The notes under the pieces: generated by a model
Databases searched by the model: none
What the model saw: only the letters and a program-made list of their open reading frames with translations
Told to the model about the DNA's origin: nothing
Source: Bacteroidota bacterium
Lineage (GTDB): Bacteria > Bacteroidota > Bacteroidia > Bacteroidales > FEN-979
DNA: 64,000 nt
Assembly: GCA_037128705.1 (NCBI GenBank)
Contig: JBAXVX010000002.1
Span: 78,361 to 142,360, forward strand
Reading direction: 5' to 3'
In this document: piece after piece, positions 39,734-49,254 of the stretch
How positions within the stretch are numbered: the first letter of the stretch is position 1
How the letters are laid out: every line of letters begins with the position of its first letter
Made by a program: the position numbers and the translations under genes

Positions 39734-40261
39734 CTATTTCCCAAAATAGGTTATGCTGCTGAAAGCTTCAGGCTTTTCACGCCAGGTTGCTCTTGTGGCC
39801 ATCTCATTCAGAACCCCAACCCGCTTGTTTTCGGAGTCGTATATTTTTGTTCCCTCAAAAGTATTCGAATCGGTTCCATAAACATGCAGTGACACCGACA
39901 TCTCTTTCCCGGGATTTTTGATGGAGTGGATGTCATTTACCGAAACATTCAATATATCGCCGGGGTGGCCTATATTACTGGCGAGGAGTTCAAGCTTTGA
40001 ACCATCAAATGAATAGCGTTCCTCGGTAACTGAACCCTTCAGAACCTTAACCCTTCCGATGCTGCCGCCATGATCGTGAAGCGCCGTTGCTGCACCCGGG
40101 CCCCACAACATCAAAATGACCATGCATGCTCCTTTATAAACAGGGATCCTGTAATATTCATCTTCGGTGAGCGGATCAGGTATTCCCGGTGGTACGAATG
40201 AACGGTAATCATCCCAGCTCCCCTGATGAAACTTATTGCATATTTCTTCGAAATTTTCCAT
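39734..40261 (-). CDS. cysteine dioxygenase type I (cupin) family protein
   Basis: LWGPGAATALHDHGGS and VSLHVYG parallel the mammalian CDO metal-binding motifs (WGPGHGSSIHDH and SLHLYSPP). Start taken at MENFEE (ATG at 40261). Confidence 0.7.
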   Translation of the reverse strand: MENFEEICNKFHQGSWDDYRSFVPPGIPDPLTEDEYYRIPVYKGACMVILMLWGPGAATALHDHGGSIGRVKVLKGSVTEERYSFDGSKLELLASNIGHPGDILNVSVNDIHSIKNPGKEMSVSLHVYGTDSNTFEGTKIYDSENKRVGVLNEMATRATWREKPEAFSSITYFGK

Positions 40262-40380
40262 TTTCTGATTTTTCACAAAAATATACAATACCTCAACCGA
40301 TTCTGGGGTCGTGGGTATTCAATATTGTAGTCTGCATCCTAAAATATTTCATACTCCAAAGGGAACAGACAGTCACCACA

Positions 40381-41070
40381 TCAGAACTTTCCAAATTTCA
40401 GGGCAACCACGGCGTTGAAATTGTTTATCAGGCCGGCACTTGTCTGCATCAGGTCAAGGTCAGGAGTATAACGATAGGTTACCCCTGCATCAAGCTGCAT
40501 GAATTTAAGCAGGTTAAGTTCAACCATCACCCCGGGTTCCACCACAAAGAACGCATCCGAGTCAAGCGTGGTCCCGTTATTATTGTTATAATCCTGGTAA
40601 TCTTTGTTGTGCATCTGCCAGGTATTATATACAAGTCCTCCCCCCCCGATCAGGATGGGAAAATTGATATGTACCGGAGAAGTGGAAAACACTTTGAATT
40701 CAAATTTTACACCACCATATCCGCCATAAAGATAAGCCCCTGAAGGAGCGCCGAGTGGACCATCAAGGTCGTACCAGAGGTTCCCGGAGTTTAGAATTCC
40801 TTTGGCACTTAATCCAACCGAGAAAAAATGGTTGATGATCACTCCCAGGCTAAGACCGCCTAAAAAGACATCTCTTCCCTGGAATTGCGTATAGGCGCCT
40901 TCGGGACTGATATAATATCCGATTTTCAGGCGATGATTTGAATGTTTGAAGAGGGTTTTAATTTCACCATCATCTTTTTTTGCAGGCGATTGGGTTGAAG
41001 TGTTCTCCTGGGCAAAAACAGGAATCACCTGGCTTAAAACCAGGATCAGGGCTAACAGAACTTTTTTCAT
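40381..41070 (-). CDS. small outer-membrane beta-barrel protein
   Basis: Signal peptide, Gly/aromatic-rich alternating strands, and a C-terminal ...ALKFGKF. Confidence 0.5.
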   Translation of the reverse strand: MKKVLLALILVLSQVIPVFAQENTSTQSPAKKDDGEIKTLFKHSNHRLKIGYYISPEGAYTQFQGRDVFLGGLSLGVIINHFFSVGLSAKGILNSGNLWYDLDGPLGAPSGAYLYGGYGGVKFEFKVFSTSPVHINFPILIGGGGLVYNTWQMHNKDYQDYNNNNGTTLDSDAFFVVEPGVMVELNLLKFMQLDAGVTYRYTPDLDLMQTSAGLINNFNAVVALKFGKF

Positions 41071-41127
41071 GGGAAAGGAATAGTTTAAACAAATATAATT
41101 GATTTATCCGACCGGCACTAATAAATA

Positions 41128-41874
41128 TTAACATTTCAATTCTTTCCCTTTTACATACGCAACATCCAGATATTTTTTTCTTGTCTCCGGGCTGACCGCT
41201 AAAATGGAATGAAAATAAATATGATCAACAGTTTCAATGCCCGGATATTTCAGGCTCCAATCATCAATTGTTTTTTCCATGGCTGATTTAAATCCCTTTT
41301 CCCTGTAAACTTTTTCGTTAAAGAACGTAGGTTGCATAATCACTGCCTTTTTAATTTTCAGTAAGGGTATCCGGCCATCAGGGTCACCTTTCCAGCCGTC
41401 TTCATTTAATTTGTAAGCGAATCCGTAGGTTAAAACCCTTTCCATCCATCCTTTTACCAGTGCCGGAAAGTGCATCCAGAAAACCTGGGTGATAAAAACC
41501 AGCACATCGGCCTCCGCTACTTTCTTTTGTTGACATAAAACATCTTTTGGTTTTTGAGAATTAATCAGCTTGATCAGGTCATCATCGGTCTTGTTTTTAA
41601 TATACCATTTTGCAATGAACCGCTTGACCGGTCCGCCGGCAAGTCCGACAATCATGGCTCTCATGTCCATTTGCTGAAAAAGTTCCCTGGGCATGTCTGC
41701 ATCCACGAAAAATGCTGAATCCATGTCCTGAAAAACAGGATTGAACTTCGTTTTGTACAAATCGACAATCTCGTACAGATGTCCCGCCTCCCTGAGGCCC
41801 CTGACAAAATTGTCAAGAACTGCTTTTGTAAAGGACATCGGGTTTGGATGTGCATAAATGATTAATACTTTCAT
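41128..41874 (-). CDS. flavodoxin-like fold NAD(P)H dehydrogenase (quinone) family protein
   Basis: N-terminus MKVLIIYAHPNPMSFT is typical of the Flavodoxin_2/NQO family. Confidence 0.7.
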   Translation of the reverse strand: MKVLIIYAHPNPMSFTKAVLDNFVRGLREAGHLYEIVDLYKTKFNPVFQDMDSAFFVDADMPRELFQQMDMRAMIVGLAGGPVKRFIAKWYIKNKTDDDLIKLINSQKPKDVLCQQKKVAEADVLVFITQVFWMHFPALVKGWMERVLTYGFAYKLNEDGWKGDPDGRIPLLKIKKAVIMQPTFFNEKVYREKGFKSAMEKTIDDWSLKYPGIETVDHIYFHSILAVSPETRKKYLDVAYVKGKELKC

Positions 41875-41885
41875 GGTTGTGATTT

Positions 41886-42455
41886 TTAAAATGAAAGATA
41901 TCTGTTGACTCTTTTTGCATATGCTCTGTATTCGTCACCATATTGGGAGGTGAGGAATTGTTCTTCTTTGATCATAATAAAATGATGGATGATCCACGCA
42001 CCAATAAATGCCAGGATATTGATATAATTTGGATTTAAAAGACAGGAGGAGAAGAGGATGAAAATAAATCCCAAATAAAATGGATGGCGGCTGATAGAAT
42101 AAATGCCCTTTGTCTGGAGTTTGTGATTTTCGGAAGAGGATAAACCAAAAACCAAATCCGTATTCAGTCTGAAGGTGGAAAGAAATAATATGACAGTTCC
42201 GGTAATTAAAAAGGCCAATGCGATAATATCAATTAGTTCAACAGGTATAAAAATTCTATAAACATCAATTTTTAGCCCTTTCAGGAGCAGAAATGTCAGG
42301 TTTACGACTACCAGCATTTTTGCAAGAAGAAAAAAGAACACAGGAATGGGGGGGCGACCGAAAATTTGTTGTTTTGTAACGATTGACCGGCCAACAACGA
42401 CTGTTATTAAAAGGATTAATAACAGGGAGGTAATTAAAACGATGGTTGAAATCAT
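41886..42455 (-). CDS. isoprenylcysteine carboxyl methyltransferase (ICMT/PEMT-like) family membrane protein
   Basis: GIYSISRHPFYLG together with a C-terminal EE...YG..Y motif (EEQFLTSQYGDEYRAY). Confidence 0.7.
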   Translation of the reverse strand: MISTIVLITSLLLILLITVVVGRSIVTKQQIFGRPPIPVFFFLLAKMLVVVNLTFLLLKGLKIDVYRIFIPVELIDIIALAFLITGTVILFLSTFRLNTDLVFGLSSSENHKLQTKGIYSISRHPFYLGFIFILFSSCLLNPNYINILAFIGAWIIHHFIMIKEEQFLTSQYGDEYRAYAKRVNRYLSF

Positions 42456-42685
42456 ATCGGTGAGTTAATAATTGTTAATATTCATTTGTTTTCAGATCCA
42501 TGGTTCGGTTTGTATTTGTAATACCATCAAAATATCCAATTTTTTCGCTCTTGCTTTAATGTATTTGAATCTCCGAAACGCTGCCTGTCCTCAACGGAAC
42601 ACTGAAATCCGGCCAGGAGGGGACCGCCGATGAGGGTGGCAGTAAACAGTTGTTTTATACTGAAAAGACCCGGTTTGAACATGTT

Positions 42686-43957
42686 TTACTGATCGGGTTG
42701 ACTGTTACACATACTGAGCTTTAGTAAAAACATATCATGCCCTTCAGGCTTTTCGATACTTTTAAACAGGTTGCCTCCTGTATTGCCGGAGTGGTATATA
42801 TTTCCCGTATGATCGATACAAACTCCCTTGCCGCACGTTCCTCCGTTTTTTCCGTTAGCTGTATAATTATTAACCCATAGCAGCCTTCCCTCTTTTGAAT
42901 ACATCCGCACAAAGGATTGGCAGGAGGGCCAGTGCTGGCAGCCACTTACAACGATATTCCCGGATGTCCTTTCATTTAAAGCCATTCCATTGATTCCATC
43001 CCATTTCTCTGTGCCAAATTGTTGGGTCCAGATGATCCCGAAGTTCTTGTCGAATTTCGATAAAAAGCTGTCTCCCTCACCCAGATTTTTACTGTCAAGA
43101 TCTCCGCCAGTACTGCCCCCGATATAGATGTTTTCCTCTTTATCAACTGTTATATGGCTCGCCATATCAAACCCGGCTGTTCCAAACTGGAATAATTTTA
43201 CCTGTTCCCCTTTATCATTGAATTTCCCGATAAATGCATCCAGGCTGCCTTTGTTTTTGGCTGCCAGGTCTCCGAAGGTATACCCGCACACATAAATATC
43301 TGTGCCGTCTCCCGTTATTCCCTGGCACTCATCCCCCTTCGGGGTTCCGAATTGCTTCGTCCAGAGGATATTGCCTTTGCCATCCAGTTTCAGCAGAACG
43401 CAATCCGCACCGCCATACGACAATTGATCCATGGTTCCCCTGGTCGCTGCTGATAAATAAATATAACCCTGATTATCCACATATACCATGTTCCCGACAT
43501 CGGTGCTGTCACTGCCGAATTGTTTCTGCCATTCAAGATTGCCATTGGTGTCAAATTTGGCAACTACAATATCTTCCTTTCCGTAGTTCTTCTCACCGAA
43601 CACGCCATTTGTGCACCCGGTTACATAGGCATTTCCAGCCTGGTCCAGCGTTATCCAGTTGATGAGATCATCTTCGGCTGTTCCAAATTGTTTTGTCCAG
43701 ATTGTATTTCCCGCGCTGTCGCATTTAGAGACAAATCCATCCGTTTTGCCATAAGACTGACCTGCAAGAGCCCCACTCGTATTACCGGCTATGTATACAT
43801 TCCCGGATTTATCAGCTACCGGGTTAAAGGCCACGCCATCCTTAACTGAACCAAATTGTTTTCCGTAGATAAAATTGGTTTGTGAATCGACATCATTTGT
43901 AAAACAAATGAACAGGGATACAATAAGCATCCCTTTGATTTTGATTAAATCTTTCAT
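42686..43957 (-). CDS. SBBP-type beta-propeller repeat protein, secreted
   Basis: Signal peptide from the ATG at 43957. Repeated units of the form GN-Y(V/I)-(A/T)G-T-G-L---YG--D-F(V/I)-K-D--GN--W-KQFGT. Confidence 0.65.
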   Translation of the reverse strand: MKDLIKIKGMLIVSLFICFTNDVDSQTNFIYGKQFGSVKDGVAFNPVADKSGNVYIAGNTSGALAGQSYGKTDGFVSKCDSAGNTIWTKQFGTAEDDLINWITLDQAGNAYVTGCTNGVFGEKNYGKEDIVVAKFDTNGNLEWQKQFGSDSTDVGNMVYVDNQGYIYLSAATRGTMDQLSYGGADCVLLKLDGKGNILWTKQFGTPKGDECQGITGDGTDIYVCGYTFGDLAAKNKGSLDAFIGKFNDKGEQVKLFQFGTAGFDMASHITVDKEENIYIGGSTGGDLDSKNLGEGDSFLSKFDKNFGIIWTQQFGTEKWDGINGMALNERTSGNIVVSGCQHWPSCQSFVRMYSKEGRLLWVNNYTANGKNGGTCGKGVCIDHTGNIYHSGNTGGNLFKSIEKPEGHDMFLLKLSMCNSQPDQ

Positions 43958-44043
43958 GTTATGTATCCTTATCGGCCACCCTGGTAATAAATCTGCAAGA
44001 AATATCAATGTCAATAAAAAACATGTAAAACAAAAGCAGAAAG

Positions 44044-45414
44044 TCACCGCTTCAGCAATTCTGTAGCTGCATTCATAAAACAATACACCTCATACTCTTT
44101 GGGATCAATCCAGGGGTCCTTCCATGTACTCCACACAACCGTCACCATCCGCTCCTTCTGATTTATGTGAATGAACTGCCCGAACACCCCCTGGGCCGTA
44201 AATGTACCCTCCAGGTTTGGAAAGTAGGTGGAAGGAGCACTGATGGTATCCTCCCCCCACAACAGGGGTTCACTCAGGTAATCCCATGGCCCCCATGGCG
44301 TTTCAGGCAAGGCCCACCAGTTGTAGCCATAACCGAGGGGGTAGTAGTAACCTTCGGGAAGATACAGGGCTCCCCAATTACATTGTGGCGAATCGGCGGC
44401 CGGGTTCCCCGCCTCAGCTGTCCACCCTTCGGGAAGTAAGGACGTTCCGTTCACCACCCCGTCGTTCAGGATGAACATCCCGAACCGCCCGTAGTCACGC
44501 AGCGTCATGCTCACATTTCCGCAGCCAAACTCGGCGCCGTTGTCCGACTCGAGCAGCCAGTAAGCATCGGACTCCATTCCCATGTTGGCCCAGATCTTCC
44601 GCGACAGGTATGCTGAAAGGGATTCACCACCCAGGGCGGCTTTCAGAACCTCCCCCTCCAGGAAGGTCTCACCGGAATTGTACAGGAACCGGGTACCCGG
44701 TTCACCTGCCCGGGTGAGTTTCGACAATAACTCCATGGTTCCCCCTGCTTTACCATCCACCGCACACTGAAACATGACTCTGAAATCGGAGGAGGGATCG
44801 CGGTAATCTTCATTCCAGGAAGCCCCCGACGACATCTGGAGCAGTTGCCTCACAGTCACTCCATCGTAAGCCGTACCTGTCATCCGGGGGAGGTAAGTGG
44901 TAACCCGGTCGTTGATATTATTGATCTTTCCCTCCTTCAGGGCAATCCCGATCAGTGTGGCCGTAATTGATTTCGCCACCGAGTAGGAGGTCCACCTCGA
45001 AGCGGCATTGTTACCCTCTGCGTAGCGTTCAAGAACGATCTTCCCGTCCTTGATGATCAGTAACCCCGCCACCTGGTTCCTGACAATAAAATCGTCAATG
45101 TTGTAGGTTTTGGTTCCGTTCAGTGTGTATTCAACCGAAGTCAGGGGCCGGGTCGATTCGGGAAGCGGGTAGACGGTGTTTCCGCGTGGAATGGTCCTGG
45201 TAAAGGCGATCTTATCCATATTCCGGTAGGTTCCGGGCTGATATTCAGGTGTCAGCCACAGCAGGTCTTTGAACCTGCCAATTTTATCTTCGGAAGGTTC
45301 GGTCGGGGTGCACTCCTCCCTTTTACAGCCATTGTTAGAAAGGAGCAAAAACCAGGAGAGAATCCACACGTAAATCCAGTTTCTGTTTTTCCGGTTAGTT
45401 CCCTGAGCCTTCAT
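44044..45414 (-). CDS. beta-lactamase-fold serine hydrolase lipoprotein
   Basis: Lipobox SNNGC, the SxxK motif YSVAKSITA and the YxN-like YNSGE. Confidence 0.75.
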   Translation of the reverse strand: MKAQGTNRKNRNWIYVWILSWFLLLSNNGCKREECTPTEPSEDKIGRFKDLLWLTPEYQPGTYRNMDKIAFTRTIPRGNTVYPLPESTRPLTSVEYTLNGTKTYNIDDFIVRNQVAGLLIIKDGKIVLERYAEGNNAASRWTSYSVAKSITATLIGIALKEGKINNINDRVTTYLPRMTGTAYDGVTVRQLLQMSSGASWNEDYRDPSSDFRVMFQCAVDGKAGGTMELLSKLTRAGEPGTRFLYNSGETFLEGEVLKAALGGESLSAYLSRKIWANMGMESDAYWLLESDNGAEFGCGNVSMTLRDYGRFGMFILNDGVVNGTSLLPEGWTAEAGNPAADSPQCNWGALYLPEGYYYPLGYGYNWWALPETPWGPWDYLSEPLLWGEDTISAPSTYFPNLEGTFTAQGVFGQFIHINQKERMVTVVWSTWKDPWIDPKEYEVYCFMNAATELLKR

Positions 45415-45635
45415 AGTTCATATTTTTTCAGTTGTCCGATCTTATAGCTGACTGTATCCTGTTTTATGCAGGGAACAAATGAACGGGATGATCCTTATAA
45501 TTAAAAAAGCAGGCATATGACATCGTAAAGTCCTGATAAAGTTACGATAGTTTTCAAAGAGGCACCAAGCCCGGGTATATTTTTTAAAGATTTCGAAAAG
45601 CGGTGTTAAATCAAATGTTTTTGTAAATTCGGACT

Positions 45636-46142
45636 ATGAAACACTCAACGTTATTATTCGGCCTTTTTATGCTTTTGATTATTTCCGGCTGCAGGAATAA
45701 TGAGCATAGCATTGATAACAGATTTCACGGGATGTGGAGACTTGTTAAAATTGAATCCATGGATAAAGAGTCCGGCAAGTGGGCTTCCGACTCAGCATTT
45801 GACGGGTGGAATGGATTCATTCTCTATGATGGTCTTGGGCATATGGCTGCGCATATTACACCGAAAGGGTACAAAGATTTTGACGTAAGTAAAAACATGG
45901 ACAGTTTAGACACGAAGGGTCTGAAAGAACTGGTGAAATTCTATAAATCGAACTTTGTATATTTCGCCAACTATAAAATCAACAAGGAGAGCATTGATCA
46001 TAACCGCCTTTCTGCTACAAACCCAAAAGACTGGGGTTCGGTATTGACACGCGATTTTGAATTCAGGAATGATACCCTCCTGTTGACGCCGCATGAAATT
46101 CTCTGGGGAAAAAAATCAAGACTGTGGTGGGTGAAGTTATGA
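45636..46142 (+). CDS. lipocalin-like domain lipoprotein
   Basis: Lipobox ISGC. FHGMWRLVKIES is the usual opening strand of the bacterial lipocalin-like domain. Confidence 0.55.
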   Translation: MKHSTLLFGLFMLLIISGCRNNEHSIDNRFHGMWRLVKIESMDKESGKWASDSAFDGWNGFILYDGLGHMAAHITPKGYKDFDVSKNMDSLDTKGLKELVKFYKSNFVYFANYKINKESIDHNRLSATNPKDWGSVLTRDFEFRNDTLLLTPHEILWGKKSRLWWVKL

Positions 46143-46155
46143 TTTCACAAGGAAA

Positions 46156-46614
46156 ATGACTGAAAACAATAAATTCGAAAGATCATTCGGGCCGGCGGGT
46201 TCATTTGCAGGCATGGTGGTGTTTGTTGCCGGACTGGTCTTAACTTTCTTTCATCTCACGGCGCTCATTTTAGTCCTGATCGGTGCTTTCGTCGGATTTT
46301 CATCGACCAGCACCCTGATCGATTATGAAAGGAAACGGGTCAGGTTTTCGAACAACCTGTTTGGGATTATAAAAATCGGCCGCTGGCTGAATGTTGAGTC
46401 CTCCATGAAAATCGGAATGAAGGAATCGGAATTGACATGGCGGGCCTTCAGCCAGGGAAACCGGGCGCTTGATATCGTCGATAGGGATTACAAAATAATC
46501 CTCTTTGACTCCGTGAATAAAGAGATCATGCCGGTAAAAAAGACCCGTTCAAAAGATCAGGCAAAAATTGATCTTGAGGCAATGGGGAGCCGGTTGGGTA
46601 TACGTTTGCTCTGA
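46156..46614 (+). CDS. hypothetical membrane protein
   Basis: Two adjacent TM helices near the N-terminus followed by a soluble tail. Confidence 0.4.
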   Translation: MTENNKFERSFGPAGSFAGMVVFVAGLVLTFFHLTALILVLIGAFVGFSSTSTLIDYERKRVRFSNNLFGIIKIGRWLNVESSMKIGMKESELTWRAFSQGNRALDIVDRDYKIILFDSVNKEIMPVKKTRSKDQAKIDLEAMGSRLGIRLL

Positions 46615-46693
46615 TCAGCTCAACCGGGGCGTCGGCCGGAGAACCCTACCCGGGTGTAAACATCCCTCCCAATACAAAATGTATCCCGCTGCA

Positions 46694-47071
46694 TTACTCG
46701 CTGGTCCTGGCGACAAAGATCCCCCTGTTTTCACAAAAATCACCCTCGGCAATGTTGGTTATGACCACCCTGCTTTGAACCTGCCAGGCATATTGATTTA
46801 TCGGGTGGCACATGAGCGGACCTCCCTGTGAGTTGTCAAACTGAACATTCGAAAACATGGTGAAACCTGAACAGGCCCATCCCTTTTGCACAACCGTGCC
46901 CTTCTCTCCCACCAGGGGGGCCCAGTTCCCCAGCATCGTCCCTTTGACCATTTTTTTTTCAGGGGCTCTTTCATTGAATGAAATAACCAGCAGAACAGCC
47001 GCCGTGGCGATAATCAACCCGGAAATAAACCCGGCGATATAAAATTTGTTTCTGATGAAGTTGAGGTTCAT
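46694..47071 (-). CDS. hypothetical membrane-anchored protein
   Basis: Single N-terminal TM helix (YIAGFISGLIIATAAVLLVI). Confidence 0.35.
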   Translation of the reverse strand: MNLNFIRNKFYIAGFISGLIIATAAVLLVISFNERAPEKKMVKGTMLGNWAPLVGEKGTVVQKGWACSGFTMFSNVQFDNSQGGPLMCHPINQYAWQVQSRVVITNIAEGDFCENRGIFVARTSE

Positions 47072-47412
47072 TTTCCAGGTTTTAGTGGTTCAACAATGTA
47101 TATTAAATACAACCAATTGTAAAAAAGTTGGCAGTGCCCCTGCCACAAAACTAAAATTAATTTTCGTCATGCATCCCAAACCAAAAAAACTTAATCAAAG
47201 AAATATGTCTTGCCCCCCTTGCTTTCAGGGTTTTCTTTACATATATTTGCAACAAGCGGTCAGTTTATTGCCAATACCTAAGCGACACTCCCAGCCTCAC
47301 CGATCAATCCCGGTTCCTGACTGACCCCTGGTTTTTAAGCCATTGATATGTCTGTCAATTCTTCAAATAAATCATCCCCAGGTCATTATTTGAAACCTTA
47401 AAACCAAAACCC

Positions 47413-48111
47413 ATGAAAAAGACAAAAACTGGAATCACTATGATGGCTACCCTGCTGCTGGTGGCATTTACTTCATCGTACGACGGGCCCGATCCGGCCT
47501 ATTTTAAAGCGTTCGGCTATGGATCCATAGCCGTTTCCATCGGGGGAGCACCTTCATTTGATCATTACGATCCGGCTCAGTTCGACTATCAGAACGGAAT
47601 ATTTTATGTGAAGGCGGGTGCCAGCCGTTTGGATCTGCGGGCTCTTTTACCACAGGGCCAAACCTATGAAACGATGATGAATGCCTTGTTTAAGGCCAAG
47701 AGCGATTTGCTGAAAGACAAAAAAAAGGAGAACATCTACTGGTATGCATGGAGCTCTCATGATTATGACGGAACCAGAAAATATCCCGAATGGAAAAAAG
47801 GATCGCCGCATCCCGATTATCACGACAAGACTGTATGGAGGACCCCTATTAACTATGAACCAGCAAAGACCTGGATCTCCTCTGCCGCCTATTTTGATGA
47901 CGAGGATACTGATTTCAACACAGATGTGGTGAATACCTGGCTGAAAATGTCAAAGCCCGGGACGCAGCTATACATCCTCAACACGGTCGGGTTTGAAAGG
48001 TGGGTGAAGGAGGCAGCCTACTGGGATTACGGACAGGGAAAAACAGTAACCCCACTCGAGTATGTTATGTCCGATAATCACTATGCCTATTGCATTCTCC
48101 AGATCAAGTAA
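47413..48111 (+). CDS. hypothetical secreted protein
   Basis: Signal peptide, aromatic-rich, no motif recognised. Confidence 0.4.
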   Translation: MKKTKTGITMMATLLLVAFTSSYDGPDPAYFKAFGYGSIAVSIGGAPSFDHYDPAQFDYQNGIFYVKAGASRLDLRALLPQGQTYETMMNALFKAKSDLLKDKKKENIYWYAWSSHDYDGTRKYPEWKKGSPHPDYHDKTVWRTPINYEPAKTWISSAAYFDDEDTDFNTDVVNTWLKMSKPGTQLYILNTVGFERWVKEAAYWDYGQGKTVTPLEYVMSDNHYAYCILQIK

Positions 48112-48154
48112 TTCAGGAATCCTGATAAAAATTTATACGTTACCACATTAGCGG

Positions 48155-49210
48155 ATGAAAACCTCATCGATCCTACTATTTGGTGTATACCTTCCCCTGC
48201 TGTTAGCATTGGCGGCAGGTTGTAAAAAGGACTCAGACAATCCACCCTCAACCGGGATGGCCCTGCTCGATGAAACCTTCGCGGCGGTGCAGCAGATAAA
48301 CAACATTAAAAGCCTGGTGGTAGTCCGCAACGATACCCTGATCAGGGAGGCCTATTTCGGATCGGGCGGGGCTGATGTGGCCCACGATGTACGGTCGGTC
48401 ACCAAGAGCATCACCGCCCTGCTCGTTGGAATTGCCATCGACCAGGGATTTATTTCTTCAGTGGATCAACAAATCGGGGGCTTTTTACGACCCCTCGTTG
48501 ATACCATCACCCCTGAAAAAGCGAAAATAACCATCCGTGATCTCCTGACCATGAGCAGCGGATTTGAATGGGATGAACTGACCTCCGTTTCCGGGTATAA
48601 TCTCTGGGCCGGTGCGGCCAACCAGGTGCAATATGCTTTGAACAAACCATTGATTGCGCAACCCGGACAAAGGTTTGCCTACAACTCAGGAGCATTCCAC
48701 CTGTTATCTGTAATATTATCAAGAGCCACAGGTAAGACCACCCTTGATTTTGCCAAACAATATCTGTTCGAACACCTGGAGATAACCACCAGTACCTGGG
48801 AAACGGATAACCAGGGCTACAACAACGGGTCGGCCGGGCTTGAATTGACCCCACACGACATGGTAAAGATCGGTCAGCTTATTTTACATCATGGAGAATT
48901 CCATGGAAAACAGGTTGTTACTTCAAAGTGGATCGATGACCTGGGCAGTTTTAAAATAACCACCAACACGGCGGTTCCCTACGGCACCGGCTACGGTTAT
49001 GGATGGTGGAATGGCCAGTCCCCTCAGGGCAGCTACACATTTGCCATGGGATGGGGAGGCCAGTTCATCATAACCGTTCCAACCCTGGACCTGGTGGTTG
49101 TTGCGACAAACACCTGGAGCGGTGTCCCCTCAGCCGAAGCCAACGATCAGTGGTACCGCACGGTCGACCTGATCATGACCGGTGTCCTTCCCGCAATTGC
49201 GATGTGGTGA
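48155..49210 (+). CDS. beta-lactamase-fold serine hydrolase lipoprotein
   Basis: Lipobox LAAGC, the SxxK motif RSVTKSITA and the YxN-like YNSGA. Convergent with lanM, 44 nt apart. Confidence 0.75.
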   Translation: MKTSSILLFGVYLPLLLALAAGCKKDSDNPPSTGMALLDETFAAVQQINNIKSLVVVRNDTLIREAYFGSGGADVAHDVRSVTKSITALLVGIAIDQGFISSVDQQIGGFLRPLVDTITPEKAKITIRDLLTMSSGFEWDELTSVSGYNLWAGAANQVQYALNKPLIAQPGQRFAYNSGAFHLLSVILSRATGKTTLDFAKQYLFEHLEITTSTWETDNQGYNNGSAGLELTPHDMVKIGQLILHHGEFHGKQVVTSKWIDDLGSFKITTNTAVPYGTGYGYGWWNGQSPQGSYTFAMGWGGQFIITVPTLDLVVVATNTWSGVPSAEANDQWYRTVDLIMTGVLPAIAMW

Positions 49211-49254
49211 CTGGTGTTTCAGGAAAATTTACCAAACTGATCCCTATCAGCAGT

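Noticed and set aside
47046-47324. A 92-aa plus-strand ORF in the 47.07-47.41 kb gap
   Set aside because: It starts inside the end of the minus-strand gene and has a basic, proline-rich composition unlike real proteins. No ribosome-binding context or motif supports it.
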